From IMG/VR virus record IMGVR_UViG_3300037307_000289: a DNA stretch of 64,000 nucleotides; one strand, given 5' to 3'. This document shows positions 16,226-26,144 of the stretch, one piece after another. The stretch's first letter is position 1; each line of letters starts with the position of its first letter. The notes beneath the pieces were generated by a model that was not told the DNA's origin, ran no database searches, and saw nothing but the letters and a program-made list of their open reading frames with translations. The stretch is from a virus. The position numbers and the translations under genes were made by a program.

Positions 16226-17584
16226 TTATATCCTTCCTAAAATTTTCTTTACATAAAATTCAAACGCCCCATTTCCAAACATTCTAATAGTTGAAAGCAC
16301 CGAAGCTTCCATAGTACTCCCTTCATAAACATTATCTAATTGACAAGAGCATCCTTCTAAAAATGTTGAAAATAAATAACTAAACTTCTTATTTTTATAA
16401 ATAGGTGAAATTTGATTACAGCAAGCTAGTTCATGAATTGCAGCCATTCTTATGGTTGTTCTATGAATAATAAAATCTTGAAACCCTCTATTAACATACA
16501 ACATTTTTAGAAATTGCTTTTTATTATTAATATCTGCAATACCAGTCTTTACTATAATTTCATTTCTTCCAGCTTCTATATTATCTATTTCTTTTTTATT
16601 TTTGTTCCATTTTTTTACTTCATTTTCATATTCTGGATAATTTGTATAATAACTTCTGTGGCACCCATATAAAGTATTTGGCAAGTCTCCAAACCCAAAG
16701 CATGAATCACCAGATGAACAAGAAAACATTCTTGGTTTAGTAAAATATTCTTTATAATATGGAAGTTTGTCTACCCATCTATTAAAATAGAAACAAGAAG
16801 GATAAAAAATATGTTTATATCTTTCTTCATTACCTATTTCAAATTGTAGTTTAATCATTTTTAAAAACGAAATTCCATCATCTTGTGTATAGTTATCTGG
16901 CACTACAAGAGTTGGATTAACGAATTGTGATATTGTAATTTTTTTATTACCTATACTTTCAATCCATTTTTTTAAGCAGTCTTCAAAGAAATCATAATAA
17001 TTAACAAGAACTTCCTTATCACACATTTTTCTAACTATTTCTTTCGTTATTGTAGATTTAATTGTGAAACTTATATTATGAAAATCTTCGACATTTGAAA
17101 TTACTTCTTTAACATTATTTACTATAGTATTTGTTGAACCACCCAATCTGTTCTTATCAGTAATCCATTCTGGGCCATCTAATGATATTTGAAAAGATAC
17201 ATTAAGTTTTCTATTCTTAGGTAAAATTTCATTAACAAAATTTATTATATTCTTTGGTGGAGTCATAAAATTTGACGACATATGAATATTATTTAATTTT
17301 GGAAAAGAATCAACTGCTTCTTTATAAAAATCTTTAAATAAACTTAATGTTAATGTGGGTTCTGTTCCCCAATGTGAGAGACTATCTAAATCTTCACCCA
17401 TCATTTCTTTTAGCTCTTTTAAAAGATCCCCATTTTTAATTCTTTCTATAATTTTTGAGTGAACCTTTTTTAAGAAGTCTGTTTTTGGAATAAAACAATA
17501 TTTACAATTTAAATTACACCAACCAGATGAAAATAATTGAATAGCACTAGCCACATTTTCAGAAAAGTATTCGTTCAATTTCAT
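16226..17584 (-). CDS. radical SAM enzyme with C-terminal auxiliary Cys clusters (SPASM/twitch-like, 452 aa)
   Basis: GWCNLNCKYC gives the CxxxCxYC motif. C-terminal Cys groups CSSGDSC..GC and ACCN..GCSC. Confidence 0.75.
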   Translation of the reverse strand: MKLNEYFSENVASAIQLFSSGWCNLNCKYCFIPKTDFLKKVHSKIIERIKNGDLLKELKEMMGEDLDSLSHWGTEPTLTLSLFKDFYKEAVDSFPKLNNIHMSSNFMTPPKNIINFVNEILPKNRKLNVSFQISLDGPEWITDKNRLGGSTNTIVNNVKEVISNVEDFHNISFTIKSTITKEIVRKMCDKEVLVNYYDFFEDCLKKWIESIGNKKITISQFVNPTLVVPDNYTQDDGISFLKMIKLQFEIGNEERYKHIFYPSCFYFNRWVDKLPYYKEYFTKPRMFSCSSGDSCFGFGDLPNTLYGCHRSYYTNYPEYENEVKKWNKNKKEIDNIEAGRNEIIVKTGIADINNKKQFLKMLYVNRGFQDFIIHRTTIRMAAIHELACCNQISPIYKNKKFSYLFSTFLEGCSCQLDNVYEGSTMEASVLSTIRMFGNGAFEFYVKKILGRI

Positions 17585-18453
17585 TAGTATTTTTCCACCA
17601 TCGAAAAAGATTTGTTAGAAGTTGTATCTAATATATTACATTCACATAACTTATTAAAACCAAACATGTTTTCATAATAGTAAGGAACTCTAACTTGAAA
17701 TATAGTTCCTTCCTCTAAGTCTAAACATGCTTGATCTAAAGCTGTTTTATCAATTTGATTACTGCCCCATTGATCTAGTAATGCTTTAACACTAATATAG
17801 AAATTTATAGTAGATTCTGGTTTAGAAAGAAGAGAACTAGAATAGTGCAATCCATCAGGTCTTCTGTTAGGGTCTACTATATTATAGAGACCACTTTGAT
17901 TATATTTATCAACATGATATTTTTGAAGATATGCACAAATTCCATCTTTCCAAGTTAAAAACTTTCTATGTGTATTATTGATATTTGGATTAATCTGGTT
18001 TTTAACTAAATGAAAAAATAAAAATGACTTTAAATCATTTATTTTTAATGGATCATTAACTTCTGGAAATGTAAAATAAGTATTATAAGACTCATCTTGA
18101 ATATATGTTTCAACTTGTTCAAGAATTGCTGTTGTATCAAAATTTTGATTTATTAGATCCACTAAATTTAGTTCTGAAAAAACTACATAATCAATATTAA
18201 GATTTTGACACCAGGTTTCACAATACGATTGGTCAAAGGAATATGTACTTTCCGTTCCACCAAACAAAGAGGTATAATTTTTATTATGATATGAAAAGCA
18301 TACCACTGAAGTAGTAGAGTTATTTTTCAAGATAGTTAATAAATCTTCATGGCCAGTATGAAGTTCTCCGTTCCCCTTTACATTGAAGGTCGAAACACCA
18401 ATATTACTCCCTACTATATTTTCTAAATCGAACCAGCTAGTTAAAACTTGCAT
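17584..18453 (-). CDS. HxGH-motif nucleotidyltransferase-fold protein (289 aa)
   Basis: GNGELHTGHEDLL resembles the (T/H)xGH signature of cytidylyl/adenylyltransferase-type Rossmann enzymes. No further assignment. Confidence 0.4.
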   Translation of the reverse strand: MQVLTSWFDLENIVGSNIGVSTFNVKGNGELHTGHEDLLTILKNNSTTSVVCFSYHNKNYTSLFGGTESTYSFDQSYCETWCQNLNIDYVVFSELNLVDLINQNFDTTAILEQVETYIQDESYNTYFTFPEVNDPLKINDLKSFLFFHLVKNQINPNINNTHRKFLTWKDGICAYLQKYHVDKYNQSGLYNIVDPNRRPDGLHYSSSLLSKPESTINFYISVKALLDQWGSNQIDKTALDQACLDLEEGTIFQVRVPYYYENMFGFNKLCECNILDTTSNKSFSMVEKY

Positions 18454-18465
18454 TTTTAGTTCCTC

Positions 18466-19500
18466 TTATAAATATGTTTTAATCAAGTTTTGAAAATCTG
18501 TTTTATTTTTTTCATAAGCAAATTTTTCTCTTGCTCTTTCAACTATGTCAAAAGAAACTTCACTTAAGTCAGGATTATCATTTTTTAGTTTAACTAGATT
18601 GCTTAATAGTTCGTCTTCTTTATTACAACCAAAATATAAACCTTTTGCCCAATCAATCCACCTGTAATCAAATGATCTATCTGTTCTATCATTACATACT
18701 AATGGGATTGTTCCACATAAAATGCTTTGTAATAAAGTAACATTAAATATTTCAGAAAATCGCCCATGTGGCAAAACAAAATATTTATACTGATTTAAAA
18801 TTTCAGATACAGAGTTTTGTGGAACCATTGGTAAAATATTTATTCCACTTTCTAATACTTTTCTTTTATAGTCATCATCTAAATAACTAGATATTTCAGA
18901 ATAAAAATCTATTTCTATACCATTGTAATTTTTATATTTATCAAGAAATTCAGTAGAAACTTTTATTGGCATAATATAACCCATGTAACAAAATAGCTTT
19001 TTTCTTTCATTCCATGGAATTATTGGTTTATATACTTTTGGATTTACCGGAAACCAACTCTTTATTATTTTATCTTTTACCCATAAAGGAAATTCAACAT
19101 CTCTAACTGGGCCATTTAATGTTATAGCATGATCCATTGATTCATTATAAAATTTTACTGTAAACCAAACCTTAGCACTATCTTCAGTATTGTTTTCTCC
19201 TTGGTCTTCAAACTTTATCATTAGCCCATCATAAGAATGAACTATACATATAACTTTTGTGTCTGGAAAAAACTTTTTATAATAATAAGTGGTATCTGTA
19301 CTCTTGTGATATATCTCATTCAAAACAACAACATCAGGTTTTTCTCTTATCATTTCAGTTATTAAATGTGGCGACTGATCCTGATGTTTTTGTTCGTATA
19401 TTTCAATATTTTCAATTTCTTTTAACCACTCTAATATCACATTACCGGTGTACTCTATTCCAGAACCAACATTGAAATTGTAATAGAACAGTTTTTTCAT
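18466..19500 (-). CDS. putative GT-B fold glycosyltransferase (344 aa)
   Basis: The C-terminal region RFSEIFNVTLLQSILCGTIPLVCNDR resembles the GT4-type E..F..llEAm..G.P.I donor-binding motif. Confidence 0.45.
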   Translation of the reverse strand: MKKLFYYNFNVGSGIEYTGNVILEWLKEIENIEIYEQKHQDQSPHLITEMIREKPDVVVLNEIYHKSTDTTYYYKKFFPDTKVICIVHSYDGLMIKFEDQGENNTEDSAKVWFTVKFYNESMDHAITLNGPVRDVEFPLWVKDKIIKSWFPVNPKVYKPIIPWNERKKLFCYMGYIMPIKVSTEFLDKYKNYNGIEIDFYSEISSYLDDDYKRKVLESGINILPMVPQNSVSEILNQYKYFVLPHGRFSEIFNVTLLQSILCGTIPLVCNDRTDRSFDYRWIDWAKGLYFGCNKEDELLSNLVKLKNDNPDLSEVSFDIVERAREKFAYEKNKTDFQNLIKTYL

Positions 19501-19838
19501 CTATTCTCCTTTTGAAAACATTCATAACATTTAAATATTTGTTCTAAATTTTCCTCTTTGCCTTCCAATTTTTTTTCAATATAATAATCTTCGCATGAGC
19601 TACAAACCAATAGAATATAACTTTCTCCATCAATCATAAATCTTCCGTTAGAATATTTTAAGTTTTGTATTGTATCCCAACATAGTCTTACTTCTTTTCT
19701 ATACTTTCCTCTGTTAGTACATGTTGGAGAAAAAGCAGAATTATATGAAGTACAACTATTCTGTTTTAATTTTGGAGTACTATAAAATTTATCAACTTTG
19801 TAATTATTTTCTAAATTCTTATTCCAGTTAAATGCCAT
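19497..19838 (-). CDS. zinc-ribbon protein (113 aa) with MAFNW N-terminus
   Basis: CSSC...CYEC pairs. The N-terminus MAFNW resembles MAFTW/MSFSW of the repeat proteins. Confidence 0.45.
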   Translation of the reverse strand: MAFNWNKNLENNYKVDKFYSTPKLKQNSCTSYNSAFSPTCTNRGKYRKEVRLCWDTIQNLKYSNGRFMIDGESYILLVCSSCEDYYIEKKLEGKEENLEQIFKCYECFQKENR

Positions 19839-20724
19839 TTCCGTAATCCCAAACTCTGTAAAGTTGTTTTGTTTTTCTATCTCTTATTATTATTGAAATT
19901 ATTGATTTATTCATAGTTATTTCATTATTAACATGAGTGAATGAATCTAATTTATATTTAATGGATCTTAAAACTAAATCATCTATATTTTTAGATAAAT
20001 TATCAATATCATTATCATTCCTAAACTTGTTAAAAAAAGGGACCATTTTACTAAAAACTTCTACAACTTCAGGAGGATAAGTTTTAAATGAAACATCATA
20101 TGCTAAACCATTTTTATTTCTCAGTATAGGAACCATTTTATAAGTACCACTACAATACTTTTCCCAGAAATGTTTATATAAAAATCCCCAAGTTCCTTCT
20201 GGAGAAACAGCTTGAAAACATCTATTTATAAATTTACTTCCTGATCTATCTGTATATAAAAAATAATGTCTACTAAGAACTAATTTGACCCATGCAGTAT
20301 TTCCCTCAATAGACCAATTGCATAAATAAGGTTCGTATCCTTCTTTTATCCAGATTTCATCTATTTCTTTTCTGACTTGTTTAAAGATTTCATCTTCAAA
20401 TAGTTCATATATAAACTCTTTGTCTGGAAGAAATAAATAATCAAATTTCTTTTCACTCAACCATTTTATTGCATTTTCTTCATCATATTCAGATATCTTA
20501 GTTGGGATTCCTCTAAATACATTTATATCATGATAATTATCCCAAATAACACAAAGAAGTTTTTGCCCCATACCAACTGAGTACTTATACAAATGTTCGT
20601 GAGTAAAATCAAATAAATGTAATCCTCTAGAATATCCAACACAACTATATGTATAATTGGGGTCAACTAATTGTTTCAGCTTTTTCCAATCTCTTATTAC
20701 TTCCATCTTACTCCTTCTGTCCAT
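19828..20724 (-). CDS. hypothetical protein (298 aa)
   Basis: ORF in operon context. Trp/Tyr-rich. No family recognised. Confidence 0.45.
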   Translation of the reverse strand: MDRRSKMEVIRDWKKLKQLVDPNYTYSCVGYSRGLHLFDFTHEHLYKYSVGMGQKLLCVIWDNYHDINVFRGIPTKISEYDEENAIKWLSEKKFDYLFLPDKEFIYELFEDEIFKQVRKEIDEIWIKEGYEPYLCNWSIEGNTAWVKLVLSRHYFLYTDRSGSKFINRCFQAVSPEGTWGFLYKHFWEKYCSGTYKMVPILRNKNGLAYDVSFKTYPPEVVEVFSKMVPFFNKFRNDNDIDNLSKNIDDLVLRSIKYKLDSFTHVNNEITMNKSIISIIIRDRKTKQLYRVWDYGNGI

Positions 20725-21500
20725 GCTTTATAATCATCAAATGAAAATGTTGCATGGACCCACCCATTCATTTTATAGAAGTTAATAACTTTCAAGCCTT
20801 CAATTTCTTTTATATGTTCTCTAACGTGTTCTATATTTTCAAAATCAGGTAATAAAAGTTTTTTATTTATTCTATCTTTTAAATGTTTTGGTAACCCGCT
20901 AATTGTTCTTGAAATTGAATTACCATAAGAATCAGTTTGTGAGTCCAATAAGTCCAGTTTTAATCCCCACCTGTCGTAGACATAATCAGTATATCCTACT
21001 GATCTAAATCTATCTTTTCCTCCTTGCCCTTGATACTCAAACTGTAGATTATAAACTCCATGAATAATATATCTAGTTGCAACTGCTTCAAATAATGAGT
21101 TATAAGTATCCTTATCATCTAGAACACCTTTTTCTTTTAAACATTCAATAGGAAACTGTTCAGAAAACTCATTATCAATTTCTTTTAAATAATCTTGGTA
21201 AGGAAAATAATTTCCTGTTAATATTAAACCAACATCAGAATATTTTTTTAAATATTCAATATCTGATTCATATACAGGGAATGTTTCTATATTATTTTTC
21301 CCCAAAAGCTTTTCAAATACTTTTGCTCTGTTGTTGAATAGTATTCCAACTACCCAGTCACACTTCTGAGCAGACTCTGCACATTTTTGATGCCCAGAAT
21401 GAAATTTTCCTTGAAAAATCCATAGTCCTCTAGTTCCGTTTTCGGGGTGCAACCTTTTTAAATCATCATATGAATAAACTATTATTCCTTTTCTAGACAT
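20697..21500 (-). CDS. HxGH-motif nucleotidyltransferase-fold protein (267 aa)
   Basis: WIFQGKFHSGHQK fits the G-x-F-x(3)-H-x-G-H cytidylyltransferase-like signature. Confidence 0.45.
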   Translation of the reverse strand: MSRKGIIVYSYDDLKRLHPENGTRGLWIFQGKFHSGHQKCAESAQKCDWVVGILFNNRAKVFEKLLGKNNIETFPVYESDIEYLKKYSDVGLILTGNYFPYQDYLKEIDNEFSEQFPIECLKEKGVLDDKDTYNSLFEAVATRYIIHGVYNLQFEYQGQGGKDRFRSVGYTDYVYDRWGLKLDLLDSQTDSYGNSISRTISGLPKHLKDRINKKLLLPDFENIEHVREHIKEIEGLKVINFYKMNGWVHATFSFDDYKAWTEGVRWK

Positions 21501-22665
21501 TACAAATCCCCTTTTCTAAAAACTTATCATAATTATTTTCATAGAAAAACTCTTCAAATATTCCACAGTTATAATATAGTTTAAAAAATGACTTATACAT
21601 TTTCAATACTTCATCATTCAACTGCCTTTGTTTATCACTCAATCTATAAATATAATATGTTTTTCCATATTTGCTAGTATGCGGAATAGTTTCATCTTCT
21701 TTACTATGTGCAAATAACCAATGATTCAAACATGAAATTTTATCTTTATACTTTTCTAACTTTGAAAGAAAATATTCTATTGACTTAACATCATCTTTTA
21801 TTAAATTATTCCATCCATGTATTACTGTAATCTTAACGTGACATTTTCTTTCTATAAAATATTTCATAACTTCTATAGCTGAATCTACATCTATTCCTTT
21901 ATTCATTATATCATACATTCTGTTAGATGGGAATTCTATTCCTATAATTGGTCTAAATCTATCATGTGGAATTCCTTTTTCATTTAATGCTTTTAGGATC
22001 TCCCTATCTCCTCGTATAAAAAAAGTATAGTAAGATTCTTTCTTTAAATTCTGAAATAGTGTTAAAATATCTCTTGGTGTTACAGAAAGTTTGTTTAACC
22101 AAATAGTATTTCTGTTTGGTTTTATTATTGGTATTTGATCTGCATCCACATCTGCATCAATACCATAATCCCTATTGCAAAATTTACACTTTCCCCAGTA
22201 ACATTTATTTCCATATGATAGAGAATAGTTGTAATATATCTCTAACTTATCAATATCTCTTAAATTTGGCAAAACTAAATTCCATGTTTTTTCGCTAGGT
22301 TTTATTCCTAATATTTCAAACATATTTCTTTTATCTGAAGTAAAGTTTTCAGAATCAACATGGAAATCTAAATAGTTAACAGCTGGGCCTCCAACTATAA
22401 ATTTAACATTTTTATTTTCTTTTATTAATGTTTCTACATACTTAAACTCTGTATCAAAACCACAAGAAATATATACAGTTCCTTCAACACTAGGATAAAA
22501 TTTATTAGTTGGGTCAATCCAAAGCATTTTTCCTTTATTTTTAATTACATTCCAAACAGATGAAAACCCATTTTTTAGAAATAAGACTCCATCTTCTATT
22601 TTGTAAAATTGAATATAAGTTTCCATTATTTCTTCTCTGATTCGCCTAGATGATTTTTTCTCCAC
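21493..22665 (-). CDS. Cys-cluster enzyme with a Cx4Cx2C motif, possibly a radical SAM variant (390 aa)
   Basis: GNKCYWGKCKFCN with an aromatic before the last Cys, as in radical SAM loops. Paralog of the next gene, sharing the E(F/Y)PS(N/D)(R/K)M(Y/L)..MNKG block. Confidence 0.45.
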   Translation of the reverse strand: MEKKSSRRIREEIMETYIQFYKIEDGVLFLKNGFSSVWNVIKNKGKMLWIDPTNKFYPSVEGTVYISCGFDTEFKYVETLIKENKNVKFIVGGPAVNYLDFHVDSENFTSDKRNMFEILGIKPSEKTWNLVLPNLRDIDKLEIYYNYSLSYGNKCYWGKCKFCNRDYGIDADVDADQIPIIKPNRNTIWLNKLSVTPRDILTLFQNLKKESYYTFFIRGDREILKALNEKGIPHDRFRPIIGIEFPSNRMYDIMNKGIDVDSAIEVMKYFIERKCHVKITVIHGWNNLIKDDVKSIEYFLSKLEKYKDKISCLNHWLFAHSKEDETIPHTSKYGKTYYIYRLSDKQRQLNDEVLKMYKSFFKLYYNCGIFEEFFYENNYDKFLEKGICNV

Positions 22666-23807
22666 TTATCATCTTTTTCTGAAACATCATAAACTTTTAA
22701 AAATGGATATGAATTAATTAGTTTTCTAATTTCACTATTTATAATTTTTTGTTTTTCAGTTTGTTTGGATAAACCAACATAAACATCATAATCTGTCTCA
22801 CATATATCCATATCTTCTAATGTATATTCCTCAGACATTTTTCTATCTGGCATAATAGTAAGAGGATAAACATTAGCAGTAATTGTATTTGGTTTAGAAA
22901 TAAGTGAAATTTTATCTAGAAAATATTTCATGCTATCTAAATCATCATAATCAGTTGGTTTCCACCCTAAGATAAAATTGAAATGTAATCTAATATCGTT
23001 CTGACTACATACTTCAATAAAATTTAAGTAGTCTTTTACAGTTGCCCCTTTATTCATATACTTTAACATTTTATCTGATGGGTATTCTATTCCTAAATTA
23101 AAAGCTAGATACTTAGGATCGACTTTCAATAATGGTAATATTTCTTTTAATGCTTTAGTAGAATAATTATCTCCTCTTATATATGTTGCATAAACAACAT
23201 CATCTCTTTTTTCAAATTGAGGATATAATTTTTTCATAAAAAATGGAGGCATTGAATAAACATGCAACCAAATAAACTTTTTATGTGGACTGTCGATAAC
23301 TGGAACTGTATAAGTTTCTCTATACTTTAATTTTCCAGTTATTTTACAGTATCTACATTTTCCCCAATAACATCCATATCCATCTACTAATGCAACACTA
23401 TACCCAATTGGCTTTTCAGTTTCAACTACTTCTAGATTCCATTCTGATATTTGCCCATTACATAAAAGATCTTCAGCGTTTAAATTGCTAATATGAAAGT
23501 TTGGTAATTCTTTTCCTAGTTTAATTCCATAATGTAAAACAAGTGGGCCACAAACGTATACTTCAAGATTTGAATATGTTTGTGCCCACTTGTATAATAA
23601 TCTTAAACTCTTAGAATACCAAACTGATGCATAAATAATTCCTTCTGTTGCAACTATAGTTTCTTCTTCAACATTTCTCCAAACCATCTCTCCTTGTTCT
23701 TTTAGTTGGTTCCATACTAACGACAAACCATTATTAAAGTTTACAATTCGATCAGGGCCATAGAGAAAATCTTCTTCTCTATAAAATTGAAGAAAATACT
23801 TTTTCAT
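22626..23807 (-). CDS. paralogous Cx4Cx2C Cys-cluster enzyme (393 aa)
   Basis: GYGCYWGKCRYCK. Shares motif blocks with 21493..22665. Confidence 0.45.
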   Translation of the reverse strand: MKKYFLQFYREEDFLYGPDRIVNFNNGLSLVWNQLKEQGEMVWRNVEEETIVATEGIIYASVWYSKSLRLLYKWAQTYSNLEVYVCGPLVLHYGIKLGKELPNFHISNLNAEDLLCNGQISEWNLEVVETEKPIGYSVALVDGYGCYWGKCRYCKITGKLKYRETYTVPVIDSPHKKFIWLHVYSMPPFFMKKLYPQFEKRDDVVYATYIRGDNYSTKALKEILPLLKVDPKYLAFNLGIEYPSDKMLKYMNKGATVKDYLNFIEVCSQNDIRLHFNFILGWKPTDYDDLDSMKYFLDKISLISKPNTITANVYPLTIMPDRKMSEEYTLEDMDICETDYDVYVGLSKQTEKQKIINSEIRKLINSYPFLKVYDVSEKDDKWRKNHLGESEKK

Positions 23808-24812
23808 TTACATTGCCCACTTTCCAAGTGTTAATCCTGTAAACAAATACATTGAGATAAATCCTAAACATGAAAGTGTTGCTACATATTCAGGCCCCCA
23901 TTTCTCTTTATATAAAGGCCAATAATTTACAGTTGGTATTGCTCCTATTGGTTGAAAGATTGCAACTGCTGCTATAGCATTCCAAGGAAGAATAAACCAA
24001 ATAATAATAAGTTGTAATATACCACAAGCTATTAACATATTTTGATAACCAAATTTCATTCCCAACCATGCATTTGGCCATCTTGATCCAGCTGCTATAA
24101 AACTTAATCCTGCTGTAATATATATTGAAGTTTGTTGACTAAAACCTTGTGCTTTAATAGCAGGGACAAACTGTGTAATTGCATATTGATAACCAGATGA
24201 GAAAAATCCACAGATTGCCATCAAAAACCAGAATCTCCAATCTTTACAGAGCTTCAAAAAGATAGACCATTTCCATCCTTCAATCTTATCATCTGGCATC
24301 ATTATATAAGTAAGGATTCCTGATATACCAAAAACAGTTGCTAGAATAAGTGTTGAAGAAGACCACCCCCATTTTAACAATACAGCACTAAGAAATAATA
24401 AAAAGAATATTGAACCAATATTCTTCGCTGCACCTTGAGGGCATATAGAATAAGCTTCATTCTTATTTATTAATTTCATTGGTCCAGAAAAAGGTATTAC
24501 TTTGATTAATGCCCCAGATAAACCAAATAGTATTCCAAATATATAAGGACTATAATTTAATCCAATAATTCCACCTATACCAAGAATTACTGCCGCCGCC
24601 ATAGCTTTTCTTGAACTAACATTATCAAGCAATGGTCCAATAAAAAACATAGCAGCAGAGAGAGAAATAAAAAAGATTGATAATCCTTGCATAAACCAAG
24701 GAATGACAAGATCAGTTTTAGCTAATGTTGTCATACCATGCTGGATCGCATAGGATCCAAATACGGCTAGAGCTAACGGAAACCACATCCACTTTAATGA
24801 CGAACTACCCAT
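23808..24812 (-). CDS. polytopic membrane protein, MFS-transporter-like (334 aa)
   Basis: At least 9 hydrophobic helices. GPLLDNVSSRKAM resembles MFS motif A (GxLaDrxGrkxxl). Confidence 0.55.
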   Translation of the reverse strand: MGSSSLKWMWFPLALAVFGSYAIQHGMTTLAKTDLVIPWFMQGLSIFFISLSAAMFFIGPLLDNVSSRKAMAAAVILGIGGIIGLNYSPYIFGILFGLSGALIKVIPFSGPMKLINKNEAYSICPQGAAKNIGSIFFLLFLSAVLLKWGWSSSTLILATVFGISGILTYIMMPDDKIEGWKWSIFLKLCKDWRFWFLMAICGFFSSGYQYAITQFVPAIKAQGFSQQTSIYITAGLSFIAAGSRWPNAWLGMKFGYQNMLIACGILQLIIIWFILPWNAIAAVAIFQPIGAIPTVNYWPLYKEKWGPEYVATLSCLGFISMYLFTGLTLGKWAM

Positions 24813-24857
24813 TTTACTTGAACTCCTTTCAATTTTGATTTGACTACTAGTTAAAGT

Positions 24858-26144
24858 TTATTTTACTTTTACCCAATGTCTACCATTAACAGCAACTTGA
24901 TTATTTGGACCCCAAAATTCAGCTGTCTCGGGTTTCTTATAAACTCCTACAATTCGTTCAGGGTATAGAGCTTTTTCTTGATCAGTCATTTTAACTAAGC
25001 TACCATCTGCATCGTTGGTCAATACATCACCAGAAACACATGATGTTGCATCATTAACATAAGCTAAAACCCAACCGCAAACTGCAATAGAGACTTGGGT
25101 TTTATTAGAGTCTTGACCAACACCATAACCAAATGTGTCAGAAGCTATTCCAATAACTGATTTTTGACATCTTTCACTACAAATGTAAGCTCCCTGAAGT
25201 GTATCATAATAACATTTTCCCGCGATAAATTCTGGATCAGCTAAATCTTGAAAATCAGCTATGTCGTTCCATATTGCATTGTAAACTCTAGTTGCATAGA
25301 AGTAACCATCATAATTTAGTCTAGAAGTATTTGTTGGGTCAGTAGATCCTGAATAAAGATATCCAGCAGCTTTATATTCATTATTAATATTTAATGAAGC
25401 ATAACATATAATTGTATCATCAGGATTAATTCTTAATCTTTCATTAGAAACCCCGGAAGCATCGTTAGTCCAAAATCTAATTCTACCAGGTGTTATTCCA
25501 GTACTTACTGTTCCTACCACTTCAGCTAAAATTCTTGCTGCTTGGCTATTGTATGTAGAACCATCATCACAATTCCATACAATACTTCCAATATTATCTG
25601 AATTTGTTAAAGCAGAAAAGCTTTCTGGCGCTGTACTTCTACTTTTTAAGAATCTAAAATATGATTCATTGCCGTCATTACTAAATCTGCCTAGTAACAT
25701 ACTGCTAGCAGAATATGTAGTCCCTAACACCTGAAATATGTAATTGGATCCACCTATTATTAAACCTTCGTCAATATTATAATTAGTTAATCTTCCTAGA
25801 GGAGTCATTTTCCATCTAATAGCATTATCTGTTTTAAATTCAATTTTTCCGCCGGTTACATCTATTACTTCTATGCTTGAATCTCCTTGATATATTTTAT
25901 TTGTTGAAAAGTCACCTATACTAGTATCGACATAACTCTTAACTGCTTTTTCAGTTGGTAATGCAGTATCTGAATTTCCTGCTAAAGTAGTATCAGTAGA
26001 AAATTCATTTATATTTGTTAATGTAGCGTCTAATTGTAAAGAATTAAATAAACCTTTTCTAGTAGCGTCCAAGACCGTGGATGATCCATGAACGATTGTT
26101 TGAGAAGAAGTTAGAACGAGATTTCCGTTTCTAAACTTTGCCAT
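24858..26144 (-). CDS. tail-fiber-like protein (428 aa) carrying one copy of the shared fiber module
   Basis: INEFSTDTTLAGNSDTALPTEKAVKSYVDTSI..KIYQGDSSIEVIDVTG. A GGAGGAAT RBS precedes the ATG. Confidence 0.6.
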   Translation of the reverse strand: MAKFRNGNLVLTSSQTIVHGSSTVLDATRKGLFNSLQLDATLTNINEFSTDTTLAGNSDTALPTEKAVKSYVDTSIGDFSTNKIYQGDSSIEVIDVTGGKIEFKTDNAIRWKMTPLGRLTNYNIDEGLIIGGSNYIFQVLGTTYSASSMLLGRFSNDGNESYFRFLKSRSTAPESFSALTNSDNIGSIVWNCDDGSTYNSQAARILAEVVGTVSTGITPGRIRFWTNDASGVSNERLRINPDDTIICYASLNINNEYKAAGYLYSGSTDPTNTSRLNYDGYFYATRVYNAIWNDIADFQDLADPEFIAGKCYYDTLQGAYICSERCQKSVIGIASDTFGYGVGQDSNKTQVSIAVCGWVLAYVNDATSCVSGDVLTNDADGSLVKMTDQEKALYPERIVGVYKKPETAEFWGPNNQVAVNGRHWVKVK

